DNA from: Promethearchaeota archaeon | GTDB taxonomy: Archaea; Asgardarchaeota; Lokiarchaeia; Sigyniarchaeales; SOKP01 | NCBI GenBank assembly: GCA_048941265.1 | Contig: JBHLNT010000146.1 | Location: forward strand, 1-10,790 | DNA: 10,790 nucleotides | Direction: 5' to 3' | Part shown: one piece after another, positions 7,601 through 10,790 of the stretch | Layout: each line of letters starts with the position of its first letter | How positions within the stretch are numbered: position 1 is the first letter of the stretch | The notes under the pieces: model-generated | The model's input: the letters and a program-made list of their open reading frames with translations, nothing else | Database searches by the model: none | Told to the model about the DNA's origin: nothing | Position numbers and translations under genes: made by a program

Positions 7601-8355
7601 ATTTAACAGCACCCGAATATCCTGAATATTTCGGATATTTAGAATGGTATTTAAATAATGAGACAGGACTAACTAGATACTGGTATAGATATGAAGAATA
7701 CTTAGATGAATCCTATATAAGTTCCATCTTTGTAAAAAATCATAGTTCTGGGATTGGTAGCGCACTCCCAGTGCGTTATATTTATAATAATTACTTAGTA
7801 CCAGATGTAATAGCAACAATAGACGTTGAATGTTCTGGAGACTATGAAATTTTTGAAGCCTTGCTAAATAAGAATCCTGTAAATAGCTCATTACCATCAG
7901 GAATTGGCACTCCGATGTTCTATACCGATATGTTCTTCATTAATAAAACTAATCCCTCATACAACTTTACATTTACTATACAATTACCCTCAAAATACCT
8001 TGTGCAGAATGTGAAATATGTTGCTATTTACTTTCCAGACTATGAGAAAAATAAGGGGCAATGGCAATATGATGCTATAACTAATGTCGACTTTTTTACT
8101 GTTACAAAAGATACTGATGAAAATAAACTAATCTTAAGAATTGAAAATATAAACGGAACAATTTCATCGATATTAGCTTGGATGTATTCAGCACCTGCTG
8201 CTCCTGTTGGAGAAGGCGGCGGTGGCGGCGGTGGCGGTGGCGGTGGTGAGAAAGCCGCACAAATTCCCGGATACGACATCTACATCTTATTAATGATAGT
8301 ATCGTTAATATCAACTATTGTTATACTACAACGCCGTAAGAAAATCAGATTTTAA
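4681..8355 (+). CDS. Large secreted cell-surface glycoprotein with two tandem modules and a Loki-CTERM-type sorting tail (true start probably ATG 4690)
   Basis: Basic N-terminus, hydrophobic helix and PKARG/E signal-peptide-like junction. The body is acidic and aromatic with roughly 40 N-x-S/T sequons by hand count. A Gly11 linker precedes the C-terminus IPGYDIYILLMIVSLISTIVILQRRKKIRF. Confidence 0.92.
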   Translation: MRFMFKSKNQKKKSLLIIILIAFPLSMLFGFLIPKARGETYVPEKSAYNNWNWKVSEGNILAFEVELTMKENDTGELFYQSKYLEILNISSIVNTTADLMGPSEVSQINATRMFYNCTSKKPEQIPGADPFQIAMFSYNVTDAPHERYFTGEFIFAPLVLPLNGSELDSSLVDILNKTFFYNVYKMGIMNSVNEGGFNEEYNPGIDQIWYHNTSLDYFMNFTYYANNGTLQSAGMDFLMYFTEGKGDGRWMTVTYLVQRVFDYDITDEVEWGVEKGDTLYFGRGSDDETAEVKIDITDISCMEVEFPLMGQEMAQTFEIVWGNTSTWNGASYEPGEENVPLGIANNFYPLHPYILGSEEFIPILFPNNTVFEDWSFEFNNFTEEHSNFGKVLIHDEIVVEFLISEEDIHVVLNIDQDTGILKLLTFEQEGLLEMVLFRKNVTVLQDSVRYDTELYSDLIGNNKVFINNLTMSPDAELYWAVLPVNPLEPQYGPFMQEIPGLELYIDTYVNDTNALLPQSNPNITIHYDQQVLNDLGIPEDELKVYKVDMDTWEWKEDVGNYTVNSGEINITHLDSAFHTIGVEESWNWSDDVFSAIDDILIYESLGNLRGNVTELGGVVDIPYINFAILNITNVGLADGYFQGSPQEFNQINATLMYYDPEIDDLKIWDAPGIFTLSEYYYNQSRKPQPTFYLNLTENMLGFPLIIPLRWGELALPTIGYVLNETFYSSPLAEEMGFPIWDEIRVNTQQNMLIFNDTTSNYYMKLTYYDNGTLKDADVAIKFTIDDQDIDFNLTSSRKYSWNTTSEVEWGVEVGESYYFGSNFPEGGPTWEANITIVNINQSAVYLADLFGFGPDAFMFQTWLTFENVWAKVEIWNVTDLGNGVQIGEWIPVNDEQPIFIIAAANNYFPFGPGDYLGYYDIEGYMVPLLLPKGIDGNELAGDFLDYVAMMIAEEYEGEVVAAISEVDEDHLKIDLTAPEYPEYFGYLEWYLNNETGLTRYWYRYEEYLDESYISSIFVKNHSSGIGSALPVRYIYNNYLVPDVIATIDVECSGDYEIFEALLNKNPVNSSLPSGIGTPMFYTDMFFINKTNPSYNFTFTIQLPSKYLVQNVKYVAIYFPDYEKNKGQWQYDAITNVDFFTVTKDTDENKLILRIENINGTISSILAWMYSAPAAPVGEGGGGGGGGGGGEKAAQIPGYDIYILLMIVSLISTIVILQRRKKIRF
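4831..6435 (+). repeat. Protein-level module, copy 1 (535 codons)
   Basis: Ordered motifs: WNW, ILAFE, ILNIS, QINAT, YANNGTL, EVEWGVEKGDTLYFG, ANNFYP, TGI, FRKN, LPVNP, YIDTYVNDT. Confidence 0.85.
6436..8187 (+). repeat. Protein-level module, copy 2 (about 584 codons, more diverged in its last third)
   Basis: Ordered motifs: WNW, ILIYE, ILNIT, QINAT, YYDNGTL, EVEWGVEVGESYYFG, ANNYFP, TGL, FVKN, LNKNP, YTDMFFINKT. Confidence 0.85.
8215..8247 (+). repeat. (GGY)11 trinucleotide tract encoding a poly-Gly linker
   Basis: GGC GGC GGT GGC GGC GGT GGC GGT GGC GGT GGT. Confidence 0.95.
8263..8355 (+). other. Loki-CTERM-like (PGF-CTERM-related) C-terminal sorting signal
   Basis: IPGY motif, a hydrophobic helix, then RRKKIRF. 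This is the tripartite layout of archaeosortase substrates. Confidence 0.85.
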
Positions 8356-8372
8356 AAAATTAAAAATTTCTC

Positions 8373-8386
8373 TTTTTTTTTTTTTT
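8373..8386 (+). terminator. Oligo-T archaeal terminator
   Basis: A T14 run begins 18 nt after the stop at 8355. Confidence 0.65.
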
Positions 8387-8618
8387 ATTCTTTTATTAGT
8401 CGAATTTTAATAAATAATTGAAATGTTCTAGGACCGAATGTAACTAATATATAGAAGTTTTCCCGACTTCCTATCTCTAAATTTCTGTTTAAAATTGAAA
8501 TTATCAATTGTCTACTACCATAAGTTGAAGCCAGTTCATGGTAGTAATGGTTAAAATCAGCCCGATTTTCTAAAGCACTCAAAGTATGTAAAAATTGAGA
8601 AGCGTCCTGCCTTGAAAT
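8385..8618 (-). pseudogene. 3' remnant of a convergent gene (or a 65-aa small protein from TTG 8582), paralogous to the gene entering at the right edge
   Basis: The frame is open from 8618 to 8385 with no ATG and is bounded upstream by TAA at 8621-8619. Its end, FQLFIKIRLIKE*, matches LQLLIRIRLIKE* at 10788-10750. Confidence 0.6.
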
Positions 8619-8692
8619 TTAGAATTTTACATAAGTGTAAGTAATTTCTTAAAATGTTAAATATGAATTTTACATATTTGTAATATAAGGTA

Positions 8693-8718
8693 ATTTATCC
8701 AAAAAAATCATTTATATT
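8693..8718 (+). promoter_or_regulatory. Promoter of the second surface-protein gene (A-rich BRE-like element plus TATA)
   Basis: ATTTATCCAAAAA (8693-8705) followed by TCATTTATATT, with TTTATATT at 8711-8718. Homologous to 4637-4663. Confidence 0.62.
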
Positions 8719-8746
8719 TCCTTAAAAAGTATAGATTGATGTTTAA

Positions 8747-10726
8747 ATGAATTTTAAAAAAAAAAGTAAATTTTTACTATTGTTGATTTTCATAATTCTT
8801 TCCAGCTTTATTCTTACTAATGTTCAATTTGGTACAGATATTCAAGTGCAAAATGAAGCCAACACAGCAGAACAAGAAAGTTTGGTTATTCCGGAACAGG
8901 CAGATGAACCTATCCCAAAGGATCCGTATATCGATCCGTTTAATAATTGGCATTGGAATGTGTCTAAAGGTGATAAGTTAATTTTTGAAATGGAAGTTAC
9001 TTCAAAAAATTTGACCAGTCTTGAAATAATGCCGGTAAAAATGCTCGCTATTCTAAATATTACTTCATTTGAAAATATTACCGAGCCATCTTTTGGATTT
9101 GGGCAAACAATGTCGCAAGTTAATGCTTCATTTTTATATTACGATTATTTGTCCCAACAACTGGAAATTGCCCCATTTACGAGCCCCTCCCAAATTGCTC
9201 TATTCGGATATAACAGCACTAATCCTGTGTATCCTGAACGTTATAGGGGGCCGGAGGATGGATTGATCCATGCTTTGCTTCCTATTAACGACACTACAGT
9301 AGATGTAACTGTAATGGATGATATTTTATACAATACATACATATCCCAAATGGGTATTATGGGATTGATAAACCATTTTGACAAATACGACGTTGTACCC
9401 TCTGAAAATAAGATATATTTTACAAATACTACAGATGGCTATTACTGGAATATGACTTTTTATAATAACGGAACCCTTAAATCTAGCAAAGGTGAGATTT
9501 TAGTCGCAGAAGATGGCGGTCCTTTAGATATGGAAGTCGAATTTGAAATAGAAAGAGTGTTTGATTATAATATGACCGATGAGGTGGAATGGGGGTTTGA
9601 TGTAGGTGATTCACTATATTTCGGTACAACTAATGAAGACGATGACGCGATGGAAGCTAAATTTGATATAGTTGCGATTAACACCACGGATATGGGAAGC
9701 GATATGTTTTGGATGGCAGGAGGCGTTCAAAATTTTCAATTTGTATTAGCCAACGCATCACTTTGGAACTTTCCAGACCAAAAATGGGACCAAGTGGCAG
9801 AAAATTATTTACTTACTGCAGCTAACAATTATTATCCCTTGCTCATCGAAAATTACGGTTCTAGTTTTCAATTTGTATGCGCGAAAAACACAGAATTAGA
9901 GGATTGGTTATTCTTTTTCAATAATGAAACGATTTCAATGTTTGGTTTAGACGATGTTTATTATACTATTGATGGAGATGATTTTACTCTCGAAATGACG
10001 ATGGCTGGAGAAGATTTTGAAGTAAAATCTGTGATTGATAACTCAACGGGAATTTTTAAAATATATTACATAGATTTTGGTGGTTGGAAACCACTTATGA
10101 CGTTTAGTAAGAATATGTCGGTTGTAAATTTTCCGAATGATATATCCGACTTCTGGTTGTATTCCTCTTTAGTTCCTGAGTGGAATATTTATATGAATGC
10201 TACTATAAACGTGACACATAGCAAAGATTATGAAGTAATCTGGGCGGTGTTGCCGGTTAATCCAACTAATGTACCTTTCGCAAGAGAACTTCCCGAGGAA
10301 GTTTGTGTTTATATTGATGTTTATGTCAATGATACGCAGGCACTTGTTTCGGCTAATATGACAATACATTACGATGAGGCAGCGTTGGCTGCCAATGGAG
10401 TTGATGAGAATAAATTAATCCCGTATATGTTAAACACTTACGATGGAAGTTGGGATGCGGCGCCTAGTGCCATGTATGAAATAGATACAGATAACGATGT
10501 TATAAGAATATATTTCGGGGATCCCAGTCAAGGACAGCCTGGGCAGGGTATTTTTACAATAGGACTTAAATCCGCGCCAGCTGCTGCTCCTTCTGGTGAT
10601 GATGACGATGACGGTGGCGGTGAAGAAGCACCAATTCCCGGATATAACCTCTATATATTATTACTACTATTATCATTAGTCTCAATAGTCATTATATTAA
10701 AACGGCGTAAAAGAATCAGATTTTAA
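8747..10726 (+). CDS. Cell-surface glycoprotein with one module and a Loki-CTERM-type tail; paralog of 4681-8355
   Basis: 659 aa with a KKKSK plus hydrophobic N-terminal signal. Motifs NNWHW, AILNIT, QVNAS, YNNGTL, RVFDYNMTDEVEWGFDVGDSLYFG, ANNYYP, WAVLPVNP and YIDVYVNDT. 20 sequons by hand count. Tail IPGYNLYILLLLLSLVSIVIILKRRKRIRF. Confidence 0.92.
   Translation: MNFKKKSKFLLLLIFIILSSFILTNVQFGTDIQVQNEANTAEQESLVIPEQADEPIPKDPYIDPFNNWHWNVSKGDKLIFEMEVTSKNLTSLEIMPVKMLAILNITSFENITEPSFGFGQTMSQVNASFLYYDYLSQQLEIAPFTSPSQIALFGYNSTNPVYPERYRGPEDGLIHALLPINDTTVDVTVMDDILYNTYISQMGIMGLINHFDKYDVVPSENKIYFTNTTDGYYWNMTFYNNGTLKSSKGEILVAEDGGPLDMEVEFEIERVFDYNMTDEVEWGFDVGDSLYFGTTNEDDDAMEAKFDIVAINTTDMGSDMFWMAGGVQNFQFVLANASLWNFPDQKWDQVAENYLLTAANNYYPLLIENYGSSFQFVCAKNTELEDWLFFFNNETISMFGLDDVYYTIDGDDFTLEMTMAGEDFEVKSVIDNSTGIFKIYYIDFGGWKPLMTFSKNMSVVNFPNDISDFWLYSSLVPEWNIYMNATINVTHSKDYEVIWAVLPVNPTNVPFARELPEEVCVYIDVYVNDTQALVSANMTIHYDEAALAANGVDENKLIPYMLNTYDGSWDAAPSAMYEIDTDNDVIRIYFGDPSQGQPGQGIFTIGLKSAPAAAPSGDDDDDGGGEEAPIPGYNLYILLLLLSLVSIVIILKRRKRIRF
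10595..10621 (+). repeat. (GRY)9 tract encoding a GDDDDDGGG linker
   Basis: GGT GAT GAT GAC GAT GAC GGT GGC GGT. Confidence 0.9.
10634..10726 (+). other. Loki-CTERM-like C-terminal sorting signal
   Basis: IPGY, TM helix, KRRKRIRF. 19 of 30 residues are identical to the tail at 8263-8355. Confidence 0.85.
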
Positions 10727-10742
10727 AACACTAAATAATTCA

Positions 10743-10751
10743 TTTTTTTTT
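10743..10751 (+). terminator. Oligo-T archaeal terminator
   Basis: A T9 run begins 17 nt after the stop at 10726, in the same position as the T14 run after the paralog. Confidence 0.6.
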
Positions 10752-10790
10752 ATTCTTTTATTAAACGTATTCTAATCAATAGTTGAAGAG
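10750..10790 (-). CDS. 3' end of a convergent gene entering from the right edge, product unknown
   Basis: Reads ...LQLLIRIRLIKE*. 9 of 12 residues are identical to the end of 8385-8618, and the differences are synonymous or conservative. Confidence 0.6.
   Translation of the reverse strand, partial: LQLLIRIRLIKE

Noticed and set aside
7673-8314. Minus-strand ORFs 7673-7897, 8040-8279 (poly-Pro) and 8102-8314 (His/Arg-rich)
   Set aside because: Antisense to the large surface protein. The poly-Pro and His/Arg runs are just the reverse complement of the GGY tract.
8739-8750. Mini-ORF ATG TTT AAA TGA overlapping the start at 8747, identical to the first three codons at 4690
   Set aside because: A 9-nt AT-rich match at about the expected transcription start, which cannot be separated from chance.
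9069-10369. ORFs 9069-9266 (+) and 10169-10369 (-)
   Set aside because: Nested in alternative frames of the 659-aa gene, with no independent support.
8188-10726. Diversity-generating retroelement template/variable repeat pair at the similar 3' ends
   Set aside because: Differences are not confined to adenines and are mostly synonymous or conservative. Both copies are coding tails and no reverse transcriptase is present.
1-10790. CRISPR array, tRNA, rRNA, transposase or integrase
   Set aside because: No regularly spaced direct repeats, cloverleaf, rRNA-like sequence or recombinase motifs were seen.

Overview
AT-rich archaeal DNA, most likely Asgard (Lokiarchaeia/Promethearchaeota), judged from two IPGY-TM-basic (Loki-CTERM-type) sorting tails. 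Left, on the minus strand, is a probable three-gene operon. It comprises a 491-aa coiled-coil protein anchored by a C-terminal 2-TM hairpin, an atypical APC-superfamily permease (altered TM1/TM6 motifs, about 4 extra C-terminal helices), and a PHP-domain metallophosphoesterase that runs off the left edge and is missing from the ORF track. The last two helices of the permease resemble the anchor of the coiled-coil protein. The roughly 0.6 kb divergent intergenic region holds an 87-nt rod-like hairpin, a candidate ncRNA, downstream of a TATA-like box. Right, on the plus strand, are two paralogous, sequon-rich cell-surface proteins built from one module of about 540-580 aa (two copies in the first gene, one in the second). 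They share a promoter motif and a sorting tail. Each is followed by the homologous 3' end of a convergent gene, which marks a tandem duplication cassette. All alignments, counts and pairings were done by hand, with no database searches.
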